Assembly (NCBI RefSeq): GCF_004010195.1
Contig: NC_057751.1
Location: 4,836,649 to 4,900,648 of the forward strand
Reading direction: 5' to 3'
From: Chiloscyllium plagiosum
Taxonomy: Eukaryota
Length of the DNA stretch: 64,000 bases
Both the position numbers and the translations under genes were made by a program. Shown one piece after another: positions 37,440 to 51,108 of the stretch. Each line of letters begins with the position of its first letter. Within the stretch, counting starts at the first letter, position 1. The notes beneath the pieces were generated by a model. It worked only from the letters and a program-made list of their open reading frames with translations, had not been told where the DNA came from and made no database searches.

Positions 37440-37845
37440 GGCTGTAATCCCTGGAGTGTCGGAGGCTGAGGGGTGACCTTATAGACGTTTATAAAATCAT
37501 GAGGGGCATGGATAGGATAAATAGACAAAGTCTTTTCCCTGGAGTGGGGGAGTCCAGAACCAGACGGTATAGGTTCAGGGTGAGAGGGGAATGACATTAA
37601 AGAGACCTAAGGGGCAACTTTTTCATGCAGAGTGTGGTACGTGTATGGAATGAGCTGCCAGAGGAAGTGGTGGAGGCTTGTACAGTTGCAACACTTAAGA
37701 GGCATTTGGATGGGTATATGAATAGGAAGGGTTTGGAGGGATATGGGCCAAGTGCTGGGATTAGATTGGGTTGGGATATCTGGTCGGCATGGACGGGTTG
37801 AACCGGAGGGTCTGTTTCCTTGCTGTACATCTCTATGACTGTAAG
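37440..37845 (+). mobile_element. CR1/HER1 3' fragment
   Basis: gaggggtgaccttataga...ctgtacatctctatgact, typical 3' end seen in other copies. Confidence 0.85.
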
Positions 37846-39287
37846 TCTATGTCATGTATGGATTGAGTGGTGAAGAAGGTGTCTGGCACACTTGCTTTCA
37901 TTGCTCAAACCTTTGAGTTGAGAGCTGAAATGTTGTACGGGCATTGGTGAGACCTGTTCTGGACTACAGTCAGTTCTGATATAACATGATCGTTCTGTTC
38001 TTGTGCAATCTCGCATTCTCAGAAAATCGTGCAATTGTGTGCCGTTTAAACTAATGGGGCTGGGATGGTGTTACAGCCAATAAACGTCAGGAAGGTTTGC
38101 ATTCTCCAAGTAAGTCTAAATTCTTCAATCGCATTAGAGCCAATTCACGCTGAAGAAACACGCATTATAGCAGAACCATCTGTACTGTGTCCAGTTCTGT
38201 TATCAGAGGATATTAGCAAGCTGGGCAGAGTTCAGAAGAGATTTCCCAGGATATTGCCAGAATTGGAGGATTTGAGTTATCTGGAGAAGCTGGGATTTTT
38301 CTTCGCTGGAACATCGGAGATTGAGGGTTGACCTTGTAGGGGTTTATAATATTATTATGGGTATCGGAAAGGTCAGTGTGGATGTGATTACCGTTAGAAC
38401 ATTTAAAAGACATTTAGGTAAGTCCGTGAATTGGAAATGTTTAGCGTGATATGGGGCAGGTGCAGGCAAGTTTAGTTTGGGATTATGGTTTGCTCAGGCT
38501 CTTTGGACCGAAATGTCTGTTTCTGTGCTTTATGCCTCTGTAATTAAGTTTGTCAATTAATCCCTTTTCTTCATTTAATGGAATGTCATCCTCAAATTTC
38601 CTGTCAGTTTTGAAGACTTGCTGGGTTTGTGGATTAATTGCCCTGTCAGCCTGTCTCAGAACGTTAGGGCTCATGACGAGAAGTGCAAGTACCTTGTTAA
38701 CGACAATATGCTTGTAACGGCAGATGACAGACAACCATTCTGGGTGCAGAAGCAGCAAGTTAAAACTGTTCCATCTCTGGGATTTAAAATTCCACCTTCC
38801 TTGTCTCCCACTTGGTCCAATCTTTCAATCTCTTCCCCTCACAGACTTGACACCCTATTTCCTCCTCCTTTGTTCCTTTCTTAATCTTTAAATGTCGTTG
38901 CTGACAGAGATAAACTGTAGTGTCCATCACGCCACTATTGGTGCACATTCCTAGCAGGTTATATATGCAGGATATTTGCACTGGAGGCTTCAGGAAGAAA
39001 AAAATTATGAAGTTGCTACAGGATCTTGCTCAAGTGAAATTTGTCACATTTTCTTTACCTCAAATGAAATTCACCCGAGTTTTAATTCGTCCTTGAACAT
39101 TTTATCTGCTGTGTAATTCCTCCTGCTCCAGGAAAGAACTGCTTGGCTGAATTCCTGCTTAAAACCTGTCGCCTGCTGTTTGCTGATTGAATGTTGTGCT
39201 GTTTGTGCTGTAACTGTCCTGAACACAGCTTGTGATGGACAGCAGATCTTGGAAGCTTTATCAACGAACTCGGTTCCTTTTGTGCAG

Positions 39288-39454
39288 GAAGAGTTGGCCA
39301 AGAACCTGCTGGCAGAGTTCAACCTGGGCTGTGATGCCCATCACACGGAGCACATATACCGTGTCTATGTCACCACCTTCCTGGGCTTCGGTGGGAACGC
39401 TGCTAGAAAGCGCTATGAGGAGCACATTGTCCACAAGATCACGCTGACCAACAG
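39288..39454 (+). CDS. ENTPD4: ENTPD4 exon (EELAKNLLAEFNLGCDAHHTEHIYRVYVTTFLGFGGNAAR...)
   Basis: tgcag acceptor and gtactt donor; conserved family peptide. Confidence 0.95.
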
Positions 39455-40635
39455 GTACTTGAGCCACATGTGGGCAAGGTTTGACTTTTCATTTGAAACG
39501 ACTGAGAATCGCTTCCCATTTTCCAGCATGGAAATAGGCCAGTCGCTTCTCCAGACCTGTGCTCCATTTTCCACCAGGCTTCCTTCCAGCTGACCCCATT
39601 CTCATCCTGTGAAGAGAGAATAAGTTTGGATTTATATAGCATCTTAGTTAAGATCAGGCTACCCTAGTGTGCTTTGCAGCTACATAACCAACAGAATGAT
39701 AGCACGGCCAGTCGGGCCAAGTGGCCCGTTTTTGCGCTGCCACTCCTGTGCCTGTCTTGTCTGCAACACCAGACTATCGTGTGTGATGTGACCCGTGCAT
39801 CAAGTCTTGAGTTTGGATTGTGAGACCGGAGCTCTGGTGTTCAAGGCATTGCTTCGAGACATGGTGAAGAGGAGCTGGAGTCGGCCCTTCCAGCCTGCTC
39901 TGCCATTCAGTATGATCACGGCTGATCATCCAACTCTCAGCCTTATTCCCACTTCCTCCCAACACCCTTTGATCCCTTTAGCCAGAAGACACCCATCAAG
40001 CTGCTTCTCAAAAGTAGTTAATGTTTTAGCCGCAACCACTTTCTGTGGCAAAGAATTCCATCGGCTCACCACTCTCAGTGGCCTGCCCCCATAACCTTAG
40101 ATTGTGATCCTTGGCTCTGTACTCCCCACACATCAGGAACATCCTTCCCGTTCTTATCCTGTCAAGTATAGGTTTCTTCCAAACCCCAGTGAAGTTTTTT
40201 CCCATCTGATCCAGTCTGTCTTCATCCCTCAGTCCTGCCATCCCAAGAAGCAATCCTTGTTTCTGTTCAAACAGTCTTCCTCAGGTAAAGGGACCAAAAT
40301 TATACACAGTCTCAGCAAGGCCCTGTACAACTGCAGGAAGATGAGAATCCTCTCACTATGAAGGCCAATATACCATTTGATGAAGAGTCACTGGACTCAG
40401 AGCTTTAGCTCTGCTTTCTTCCCAAGGTTGCTACCAGACTTGCTGAGTTTAGCCAGCAATTCTTTTGTTTCTGTACCATTTTCTTTCTGCTGCATGCTGA
40501 GTTTTAGTCACTAGAATATAAGGACACCCATGTCTCCTTGCACCTCCCCTTTCCCAATCCATTGACACTCAGGTAATAGTCCATTTTTCCGTAATTGCTA
40601 CCCAAGTAGATAAGCTCACATTTATCCACATTAAA

Positions 40636-40957
40636 GGGCAGCACAGTGGCTCAGTGGTTAGCACTGCTGCCTCATAGCGCCAGGGTCCCAGCTTCGATTC
40701 CAGCCTTGGGTGACTGTGCAAACTCCACACAGGTATTCTCCCTGTGTCTGCATGGGTTTCCTCCGGATGCTCCGGTTTCCTCCCACAGTCCAAAGATGTG
40801 CAGGTTAGGGTGGATTGGCCATGGGAAATTGCTCATAGTGTTAGGTGCATTAGTCAGAGGGAAATGGGTCTGGGTGGGTTACTTTTCGGAGGGTCGGTGT
40901 GGACTGCTTGGGCCGAAGGACCTGTTTCCACACTGTAGGGAATCTAATCTAATCTAA
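40636..40957 (+). mobile_element. HE1-type SINE, near full length
   Basis: gtggctcagtggttagcactgctgcctca head and (AATCT)n tail. Confidence 0.88.
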
Positions 40958-41259
40958 ACTGGGTGTGCCATGCAGTTGCCCACTCCCTGATCTTGTGAGA
41001 GGGCCACCTTGTTGTTTGTCTCCTAGTTTGGTGATCTCCGTTTTGACAGCAAGTCTGAGAAGAGGGTAAGTGAGGGGGGCATGATTTCACTGGTACAGCT
41101 GGTGTGACTGATTACATATCGGATTGCAAACCAAGCACTGGCCCATGCGAGTATCCCATGAAATGAGGGTTCAGAAAGAGCTGGAAGCTTTGACCGAGCT
41201 GAGGGCAAAGATACAATCATGAAAGGGTCAGAAAGTCACGTGTCCTGTCTCTCCTGCAG

Positions 41260-41584
41260 GTTACTGGGCCAGAAGACTGGCCTGACAGAAGAAATCCCAT
41301 ACCTGGATCCCTGTTTGCCAGCTGACAGCAAGGATGAAATTCATCAAGGCGGACGCACTCTGTATTTGCGAGGACTGGGAGATTTTGATTGGTGTCGGCA
41401 AATCATTCGTCCGTTCTTAAACAAAACCAATGAGACTTCAACATCGCTCAGTGGGGTGTACCAGCCTCCGGTAGACTATTTGAACAGTGAATTTTACGGT
41501 TTCTCCGAATTCTATTACTGCACCGAAGATGTCTTGCGCATGGGTGGTGACTACGAAGTTGCTAAATTCACTAAGGCTGCTAAG
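41260..41584 (+). CDS. ENTPD4: ENTPD4 exon (LLGQKTG...DPCLP...FYGFSEFYYCTEDVLRMGGDY...KAAK)
   Basis: ctgcag acceptor and gtactg donor; conserved family peptide. Confidence 0.96.
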
Positions 41585-42223
41585 GTACTGAGCTGTATCT
41601 TGTTTTACAAATGTGAGCTGTGTGGTTTATTGCTCAGTCAGAGAGTGCTGGGGACATTGGCCAGAGTGGTGTGCAGTGTGATCCCACTGATTCGATCCCC
41701 ACACTGGCTGTAGTGGCTCATGGAGGGTTGTCTCGAAGCCTTCACTCCTGCTTGATGTGGAGCAAAGAGTGATGCCTGTGGCCCCCCCTCATGAACTGTA
41801 CCCCAATCGTCATGTGTCTGTCTTGAATGGGCCACGTTGTGAGCCGATTGATGTCCATTGGAAATGCGTCAGACTGTTAACCATCATCTTCTGTGAAGAG
41901 TGTTTAACCTGAGCTTTGTGGAGCAGGGCTCAGACCCTTGCTCGGAGTTAAGCTCATCAGGAGCAGCTGGCATAGTACAGGCCCATGAATAACATCCCCA
42001 CAGATCTGTTCAGTTCCACACTGACTAGCTCGTAATTTTGGGAGGTTGTGTCCACTGGTCACTTAAGTTCAGTGTCACTCCCAGATGTCAGCTTCCCACA
42101 GACAAGTGAATGTTTTTGTCAAGCAAGTCCAAGACTTTGCCATTGTAATGATACAGTTCACTGAGATCCACAAACCTTGCACATGTCTGGACAGAATCAA
42201 GAAGGTGAGAAGGCATTTGGTGC

Positions 42224-42409
42224 AGATTAGACTAGATTCCCTACAGTGTGGAAACAGGTCCTTTAGCCCAACCAGTCCACACCGACCCTCCGAAGAGTAA
42301 CCCACCCAGACCCATTCCCCCCTGACTAATGCACCTAAGCTACACATCCCTGAACACTATCGGTAATTTAGTATGGTCAATTTGCCAAACCTGCACATTT
42401 TTGGACTGT

Positions 42410-42440
<31 letters not shown>

Positions 42441-42558
42441 ACGTAGACACAGAGAATGTGCAAACTCCACACAGACAGTCACCCGAGGCTGGAATTGAAC
42501 CCGGGTGTCTGGCGCTGTGAGACTGTAGTGCTAACCATTGAGCCACCCGTGCTGCCCC
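42224..42558 (-). mobile_element. HE1-type SINE, near full length
   Basis: Reverse complement of the 40636 family. Confidence 0.88.
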
Positions 42559-42788
42559 ATAGGGATGTAGGGATGAAGGGTTTAGATGGAGAAACCGTTT
42601 TCAGTACCTGAAGCTTTGATAAGTGGAGGGACCATCATATGATTAAAAACTTGATGAAGAGAAAGAATCGGTGAGACTGGGCAGTGCAGTGGGACAGATT
42701 GGCTTGCTCTTGGCAAGTCCTGCACAGACTAGATAGACTGAATGGCCTGGACTGTGCTGCACTATATAAGGTTGTGTTGACTCTGCAG

Positions 42789-42874
42789 GATTATTGTGCA
42801 ACCAAGTGGGCAGTTCTGAAGGAACGTTTTGAGCGTGGCTTGTACTCCAGGCATGCTGACCTCCACAGACTCAA
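42789..42874 (+). CDS. ENTPD4: ENTPD4 exon (DYCATKWAVLKERFERGLYSRHADLHRL)
   Basis: ctgcag acceptor and gtaagt donor; phase consistent. Confidence 0.95.
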
Positions 42875-43994
42875 GTAAGTATATGTCCTCTATCATCACG
42901 AAGTGGCTGCATGACAAACTCATCCATGGTGGCTTTTCCTGAGTGCTTACAGACGATCTCCCTTGTGCACAAGCCCCTACTGTTCCATTCGTCAACTGAC
43001 ACGGCTCCTACCAATTGACTGTTGACTGCCCAACCAGGAGAATGGTGAGCAACCTGACTTGTGGTAGAATGAGACAGGAGGGCAGAATGGTCAGTCACCA
43101 AATCTGTTCTTTACACCAGTCTTCAGCCAGACGATCAAGATGTAATGAATTTGATCATCTCTGGGTTAGGAAGTGCTGTTCCAGGGTTTCAGTTTACCCT
43201 TGTTGTCCAATCTCTGCACCAAATGCATTGAGAACGGGAACCAGTTTCACTCTAAACATTTCTGTGGCAGTTTCATTGGTTAAATTACTCATGAGACTTC
43301 TCTGCCAAGCCTGAAGCTGGTTGACTGTTACTGTTCAGACCGTGATAGTGAGCTGCTTCTGTCGTCCATGTGGTGTGGGTATAACCACAAGTGCTATGAG
43401 GAGGGAATTGCAGGATTTTGATCCAGTAACACTCGAGGCATGGTGCTTTTGCTCCAATTAGGGATGGTGAGTGACTTGGAGGGATCTTCACATATGGTGG
43501 TGTCTCTATACATCTGCCTCCCTGTCCATCTCCCAAATATGAACTTTGTGCTGACAAGTGAATCTTTACATCAATGAATTCTTAGACTTTGCTAGTGTTC
43601 ACTGAAATTCACAAAGATTGCCAATGTGTGGACAGTATGCATTAGCTCCGCATGTTCTCTGTAAAGGCTAAGAGGGCATTTGGTGTGGGTGTGAAGGCTT
43701 GAGATGGAGAAACAGTTTACACAGGCTGAAGCCTTGATGAGTGCAGGGAACATCAGATGATGAAAACCTTGATGGAGGAAAGAAAGGGTCGAGGTTATGG
43801 ACGAGTTGAAGGATAATTAGTGGGTGCTTCTTGTAGATAAAACACACTGTGGCTGGTTGGGCAGGGAAGGAATGGTGAAAGTGATCTGATTTTGACAGTG
43901 GGCCATTCAAAGATGGTAATGATATTGAATATCATTGGGGAGTGTTGGTTTGTTCTCGTTGGTGATTATCAACATTTGGATACATAATTTACTT

Positions 43995-44423
43995 GGAGAA
44001 AGTGAGGACTGCAGAGGCTGGAGATCAGAGTCGAGAGTGTGGGGCTGGAAATGCACAGCAGGTTAGGCAGCATCTGAGGAACAGGAAAATTGACGTTTCA
44101 GGCAAGAGTCCTTCATCAGGATTGAGGCTTGTGAGCCAAGGGTGTGGAAAGATTAATGAGAGCGGGTTGGGACTGGGGTTGCGGGGGGGAAAGGTAGCTA
44201 AGTATGCTACAGATAGACTGAGGTGTGGGTAACTCTCAGCTACCTCCTGCACCCCCACCCCCTTCCAACCCAGGCCCACCCACCTCTCATGTATCTCTCC
44301 ACCCCATCGGCTTAAAAGCCTCAGTCCTGATGAAGGGCCCTGGCCTGAAACGTTGATTCTCCTGCTCCTCGGATGCTGCCTGACCTGCTGTGCTTTTCCA
44401 GCACCACACTCTCCGACTCTGCC
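43995..44423. mobile_element. Fold-back PLE terminus pair with TSD
   Basis: Inverted termini; flanks taatttacttg and taatttgcttg; hammerhead cores on both strands. Confidence 0.75.
44323..44358 (+). ncRNA. Minimal hammerhead ribozyme motif in a PLE terminus
   Basis: AGTC-CTGATGA-A-GGGC cctg GCCT-GAAAC-GTT-GATT. Confidence 0.6.
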
Positions 44424-45626
44424 TAATTTGCTTGCCAGTTGCCATCAATTCCCTTGCTGCCATTTTTCTGTTTACCATTGGAGGTAACAATGAGTTCCAG
44501 GTGAAGATGAACCCTTCATGAATAGTGGAATGTATCTTGGGGCTGTGCGTCCCTTCCACACATCAGTTCAGTCATGGTTGTTCTTGACCTTGTTGTGATC
44601 CCAGTTATGAGCATTCTAAATGAGCCAGATCTTGTGTGAAACCCAGCTTGCTGGACCATAAATTTAATTTTTGCAACTTGCTTACCTCAGTGGTTTGTCA
44701 ATAAGTGTTCACGATATAACAGAAATTTATCACGGTAGGAGGAGCTTAGCATGAACACCAAAAAGATTTGGTCCTTTTCCCAGCAAGATCCTTGAAAAAA
44801 TCTCATTTCAGTGAAGGATCACTCCTGTCTTCACTCCCGCTGATGAGATGGCAAGCATTTCCTCTCAGTGACGTTCTGCATGTACACTAGATGTGATTCA
44901 GTTTGTCTTTCCCTGAGACACCCAGGCGAACTCACTGACCATGCTCTGACTGAACCCTCAGAAAAGCTAAGGGCTTTCCCAGCCCCGTTGACTTGACTTG
45001 CTAAAACAGCTTGGTACTTCTTTCCAACCCTCTTGCTCTGGAGACTGCCACAAACTCACCTGCCCTTGTGTAGGTGAGGCTCTTGGCTTCTGGACTGAAC
45101 CTGCATATTGCCCCAGTCACCTGTGTTTCTGTAGGCCTCCAAAACTCAGGTCAACAAGAAGCAGGAACTATTTCACAAGGTCACTTGTTGAGAGGCTGGT
45201 CTGCAGTAACATGACTTTTGTCTTTAGTTCACTGTCTGAAATGGCTTTATGGTTAAAAAAGCAGATCAGATCTTCATGGAGCTGAACACTGAGGTCCCAT
45301 TTATTGCTAATTCTGTATCCAAGACTCCAAATAAAAATATATCACAATGTTTCACATCAGCTCCGTTTCCCTACCTTTTTCACTTGGCTTGAATTCATCA
45401 AATATCAGTCACAGTCTTGAAGGTTTGAGTGAACCCCTTGAATGGATGGGGAGGTAGAGTTGCCGATTTCCACTTGCCTTTGTATGAAGTTGTACAGGAG
45501 TAAGTGAGGACTGGAGATCAGAGCTGAAAAATGTGTTGCTGGAAAAGCGCAGTACAGCCTGGCTGACTTTCCGAGCTGATGCCTGTGTTCTCCTTCCCTG
45601 AGTGAAAATGCTGTTGTTTGCTCTAG

Positions 45627-45788
45627 GTATCAGTGTTTTAAGTCTGCCTGGATGTATGAGGTGCTGCACAGCGGATTTTCCTTCCCCGTCAACTACACCA
45701 ACTTGAAAACTGCCCAGCTGGTTTATGACAAGGAGGTTCAGTGGACACTGGGGGCAATTCTCTACAGGACACGGTATTTACCCCTGAG
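45627..45788 (+). CDS. ENTPD4: ENTPD4 exon with ACR5 (YQCFKSAWMYEVLHSGF...VQWTLGAILYRTRYLPL)
   Basis: WTLG ACR5 motif; ctag acceptor and gtgaga donor. Confidence 0.96.
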
Positions 45789-46731
45789 GTGAGACTGATA
45801 GCCAATTCGCCCATCTACGTCCTGCCTGTAATAGCTATCAAAGCCATGGGTATAATATGATGGCATGTCTTCCCCGTCAACAATTCCACACTGAGCTCTG
45901 ACTGACCCTCCTTTATTGTCGTTCTGATTATCTGCTCTTGCACTAAGGAAGTTAAAAGATGAGAATTGAATCTGTGTAGATTTAAAGCCAGCCCCTCCTG
46001 ATGTGATCTGTTTGCACCCCAAGCAGCTCTTGGGGTGCACCCCAGCCTTTTCCCAAATGCCAGGCCTCCAAGGGAAGGTATTGTTTTCCTCCTGGTCTGG
46101 TTGGCTGGCCAATCAGCCGTGACCCCAGTGGGCAACCGACCCGCCGCAGAGTCAAAACCCAGTCTCCAGAGGATGAAATCTCATTTAATGCATCCAGTGC
46201 TGGCTGAGGACAGAGCGAGCACTTGTGCCATCTTTGGGCTGAGATGTGAATCCAAACAGGCCCTGTTTTCCCCTGTCGGATGGTCACGGCACTGTCTGAA
46301 GTTCTTCCCCACTGTCCAGAGTCCTGTTCCTTCAGCAGTGTCAGGATGCAGGAAGATTACCTGAGCGTGACCAACTTGCTGTTTGTGGGCCTTTGTTGTA
46401 TATGCGAATAGGTTTCCTCATCGCCATAGTGACTACCCTTCAGAAGTACCTGATTGGCTGCACAGCACTTTGGGCTTGTCCTGAGATTGGGGAAGTTCTT
46501 CCTGTCAGTGCAGGGGCGCTACCATCTTTGAAATTGACAAGCCAGAAGGTCTCTGCCCCCATTTAATTGAGGACCTCTTGCTCAACCCTTCCCAAACAAG
46601 AGCCTGCAAACCGGGGGTGTGACATGGGCCTTTAGACGCTGCAGCAGCCTCTCCCAGGGCCCTGTCTGCTCCCCTGCTTGATGATGTTGCACTGGCTGGC
46701 ATTCTCACGCTATTTGCCTTCATGCCAACAG

Positions 46732-46942
46732 GGACATTCCACTGGACGACTTCAAAGGGAACCACGCACACTGGAGGGGCTCGTCCTTCGTCAACAACCA
46801 CTATGTATTTTTTGGCTGTTTCCTGGTTGTCCTCCTGTCCATCCTCCTCTACCTGCTGCGACTGAGGCGGATCCACCGCAGGATGCAACACCATGGGCGG
46901 AAAGGGGAAGCCGGCCTCCCTCCGATGCCAGACGTTGCCTGA
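46732..46942 (+). CDS. ENTPD4: ENTPD4 last coding exon, second transmembrane helix and cytosolic tail (...HYVFFGCFLVVLLSILLYLLRLRRIHRR...PDVA*)
   Basis: caacag acceptor; transmembrane helix plus basic stop-transfer segment; TGA at 46940-46942; summed exons give 1830 nt in frame. Confidence 0.93.
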
Positions 46943-47550
46943 AAGCTGGTGATCCGGGCGGGGGGAATGGGCCGGGCTCCCACTTGGAGCGGTGGGGCCA
47001 AGTGCAATCTTCGAAAACCAAAACCAGGAAGGGCAGCAAGCAGACGGTGGGTGGTGGAAAAGCAAAGGGATGCAGCTGACGTTTGTTCACATCACGAACA
47101 CCCATCTGAGGTGTTCCTGTTTGGACACTGATAGGCAGGCGCATGTGGCAGAAGCATAGGCAAAGCTGATTCTCCAAGCTGCAGTGCAGTACTCGACTGC
47201 TGGTTGGAAATTGCATGACCCTGCTTGAGAAAAGCCAGGAAACTCCATCTTTTCATTTCAGAGAAACAATCTCAAAAACCGAAGAGCTGCAGTCATTCAC
47301 ATGGGTGACATGAAGAGCTTTCAGTCCGAATTGTGTGGCAACTCTGAGAGAAAAGCTTGTTAAATTTGAACTGGGTGTTGTCTGAATGACTGCAGGGACC
47401 AAGAGGAAGAGGGTCAATGGTGAGCCTCGTAGAAATGCATTGGGGTGCAAGAGCTGTTGGGCTGATTTTGACAATCAGAAACTCAAAATTATATTTATTT
47501 ACAGCTGCAATAAGTGGAGATGTTATGTTGAAATCGGTGATATGAGTGAC

Positions 47551-47556
47551 AATAAA
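47551..47556 (+). other. Likely ENTPD4 polyadenylation signal
   Basis: AATAAA about 600 nt after the stop, followed by a T/GT-rich downstream element. Confidence 0.6.
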
Positions 47557-48099
47557 TGTATTTATAAAATGCTTTTTGTCTTTGTCATTGTATATTGTCA
47601 GTGTGAAAATTGACTTGTTCAGCTTCTGTGGAACCACATGAGTTATAAGGATGATGGTGAATATTCTTTGCATCACCAAAACCGCTTAGTTAAACCTCTA
47701 GATCCAAACCCATCTTTTTACTCATCTGCTGCTGAATCCCTCAGCTCAGCCTTTACTGCCTGGAGATTCACTTATTCCAGTGCTCTGCTGAATGGCCTTT
47801 TCCGTAAATATGACCTCATTCAGAACACCTCTGCATCCACCCAAACTTGGACAAAATCCCACTGAACAATTATCTGATGGCTTGCTGACCTGTATTGGCA
47901 CCCCTCACTGATGGAGCACCTCATCTTTAAAATTCTCATCCTTATTATCAAATTTCTATGTGGTATCACTCCTCCTGTCACACTGTAATCTCCTCCAGCC
48001 TCCGGATACTCCGAGGTCTCTGCATTCTTGTCTCTCTGACCTCTTCAGCTTACCCCAATGGCTGTGTCTTCACCTGCATGGGCTCGAGCGTCTGCAACC

Positions 48100-48240
48100 A
48101 CTCTCTGTCTGTCTCACTCACTCTCACTCTCTCTCTATGTCTCTCTCACACTCTCTATGTCTTTATCTCTCACTTTCTCTCTCACACTTGCTGTCTTTCA
48201 CTATCTCTGTCTGTCTGTCTCACTCTCACTCTCTCTCTTC
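48100..48240. repeat. CT-rich degenerate microsatellite (similar tracts at 2965-3010 and 62860-63010)
   Basis: (CT)n/(CTGT)n/(CTCA)n runs. Confidence 0.85.
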
Positions 48241-48446
48241 CTCCTTTTCTTCAAGAAACTTGTTAAAACCTACCACGTAGACTGAAGCCTTTAGTTACCT
48301 GCCTGAATACTTGCATAGTGACTTGGTCTCAAATGTTGTTTGTGAGCTCTCCGGTAAAGCATTTTGGCATGTTTTATTACGATGAAGGTGTTCTTTAATT
48401 GCAGGATGTTGAATGGTTTGCATTTTGTCCTGTTTGCCTCTCTTGG

Positions 48447-48731
48447 ATGGCACGGTGGCTCAGTGGTTTGCACTGCTACTTCACAGCACCAGAGACCTGG
48501 GTTTGATTCCACCTTCAGGTGACTGTCTATATTCTGATGAAGGGCTTTTGCCCGAAACGTTGATTCTCCTTCTCCTTGGATGCAGCCTGACCTGCTGTGC
48601 TTTTCCAGCGCCACACTGTCAACTCTGATCTCCAGCATCTGCAGTCCTCACGCCTGACCGTCTGTATCGACAATGCACATTCTCCCCGTGTCTGTGTGGG
48701 TTTCTGCCAGATGCTCTAGTTTCCTCCCACA
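48447..48731 (+). mobile_element. HE1-type SINE interrupted by a PLE mini-insert (48533-48654)
   Basis: SINE head and core separated by a PLE terminus; TSD tgactgtctatat and tgaccgtctgtat. Confidence 0.75.
48531..48564 (+). ncRNA. Minimal hammerhead ribozyme motif in a PLE terminus
   Basis: ATT-CTGATGA-A-GGGC tttt GCCC-GAAAC-GTT-GAT. Confidence 0.6.
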
Positions 48732-51108
48732 TGGAAAGGCCATGGGAGCTTTGATCAGCCCTATCCATAGCCCCCTGACCACAAATACGTATGGACGTGT
48801 GTTTGTAACCACAGCAACTGTCTCCGTGGTTCATTGCCTATTCTGCCTCGGAGTAAGCATTTCAGACCTGCCTGCTTTACATACCCTTGGTAGAGATCAC
48901 GGGGCTGTGGCCTGGATTTTCCCCTAGCACACAGGAAGGTGGTCATGGTTGTTGGAGGTCAGTCATCTCAGCTCAAGGCCTTCGCTGCAGCTGTTCCTCA
49001 GGTTAATATCCTCAGCCTAACCATCTCCAGCTGCTTCATCTCTCCCCATCTTCATCAACCCTTTATCATAAGGTCGGAAGTGGGGAAGTTATCTGATTAC
49101 ATTCAGGGCTACTTTAAGACGACCCTGATGCTGAAGCAGTCTGCCCCCTGATGCAGAAATGCTTGGACAATATGGTTTGAACTGACTAGTAGCAAGTAAC
49201 ATTCAAATAATTCAAGTGCGAGACAGTGGCCTTGTCCCAAAGTGGCAAATCCACATCGTCATCTTCTGGCATCACCAGCACTGAATCCCCCACTGTCAGC
49301 ATCCTTGGGGGCTACCCATTGACCAGAAATTCTCATCTGAACTAGCTGTATCAGTACAGTGGCTACAAGAGCAGCTCAGAGGCTTGCAATATTGCAGCAA
49401 TGAATTCCCCTCCAAAGATCCCATCAGTGGCTCAGTGAGGGGTAACAAGGGCTAACTCTGTAGGAAGGAGACAGTGGGTCATTCTGGTTCTTGCCCATGA
49501 ATAATGGCATTGAAAGCTGTACCTGCTGTTGTGCCTCTGCCTGACTGTTAACACAGGTACTATTGGCTTTTCTTCTTTGAATTAGGGCCACAGCGTCTGT
49601 GGGTTTATGTCGGAACATTCCCGATCTTGTGTAACAACCCTGTGCGATCTAGGAGGCTCAGCAGATTCAGGCCTTGGGTCACCGCCCGAGGATACTGGGG
49701 GGGTGCACTTAGCTGAGGGTCCTTATGGTGTTGTAGTAATGTCCCTCCCTCTGATCCAGGAGGCCCAAGTTCAAGCCCCACATGTTCTCGAGGGGTGTAA
49801 TAACATCTCTGAACGGGTTGATGAGAAATTGTTGAGAGGGGCAGGGTCCTTGATATCCACCCAAGAGGGCAGAGGGGATATGTTTCATTGTTATAACATC
49901 CGACAGCACAGTGCTCCCTCAGCACTGCACTGAGAGTGTTGTGAGTCTGTTCTGAGGAAGAATTATATCGGACTGGACACATTAATGCTGTTTCTTTCTC
50001 CACAGATGCTGCCAGACCTGCGTTTCTCCAGCTCTTGCTGTTTGAAGCCAAGAGCTTCTGGTGTAAAGTCTCACGGTAGTGCCACCGAGCCCACACCTGC
50101 CCCTTGCATCTCTTGACAACCAAAGCAAATCATCTGCCCGCTTATGTTTGCATGTGCTCCTGTGAGCTTGCTGTGTGCAAATTGATTGCTCCCCCCAGGG
50201 AGGATGCTTGAAAGTTAGGCCGCAGGCTGTGAAGCACTCGGGACTAGTTTGAGGTCATGAACAACACCACAATAAAACTCTCGTACTTTAATCGCAAGCT
50301 CAGGCAATTGGCCAGGGGAATGAGGCACAGGAGAAGGGAGGAAGTATTTGCAAAGCAAAACCGAAGTTCCCAATCTGAATGATGTGAAATCTATCCATGG
50401 TGCTTCCAACCAAAATGTTGTGTGCCATTTAGCACCTGCTCAATTGCAGCAATTAGTATTTTGTCACTTTCCAGCAATCGCACTGTGGCATTTCGCTATC
50501 TGTACTCTGTCTGCTCAGCACCATTTATTTTTCATTTTCTGTTTTAAGAGGAAGAATTTGGAGTCATTCTTTGGCTCAGTGAAGAATTGGACATTGTTCA
50601 AATTCGCAGTTTCTGAAGTTGACTCCAAGATAGCTGTCATCATCTTATGTATCTCCAGCCCATTTTATGTGCAACTTTTATAGCCCTGGGTTTGTGCTTG
50701 AGCTGGTGCTTCTGCGAGAGGTTGCTACGTGACAGCTTTCATGCTTCACTGTTGCATCTGGTTATTCCGTACTTGTTCTGCTTGCATACTTGTGGATCGC
50801 CAAATCCTTCACAGCCAAGTCATTGTAAAATAACACAGCAACAAGGCGGTTTGTCAGGGTGATGGGGGGAGGATCTTGTCTATCAGGGTCGTCCATATGC
50901 ACTCTGCTGTGTGTTTTCTTTGAAGTTAATCATGGGATGTGAGTGTCCCTGACAAGACCAGCAAGGAAATGATCACAAGGGAAGGTGATGGGGTGAGCTG
51001 CTTTCTTGAAGTCTGTGTGGTGCAGGTACACCTACAGGATTGCAAGGATGTGGGCTTCGGGTTTTGACCCAGCAGTCAGGAAGGAAAGACCAGTCCACTC
51101 GCAAGTCG

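Noticed and set aside
40636..40710. tRNA genes at SINE heads (also 17850, 23291, 48447, 51109)
   Set aside because: A/B-box heads continue directly into the SINE body and tail; these are tRNA-derived repeats
22759..46942. ENTPD7 as the identity of the apyrase gene
   Set aside because: The VSFASSQQ insert, MGR/ISCLFPASWHFS N-terminus and linkage to R3HCC1 favour ENTPD4
46505..47216. Long overlapping ORFs (186, 141 and 133 aa)
   Set aside because: Shadows of the GC-rich last ENTPD4 exon in other frames or on the other strand
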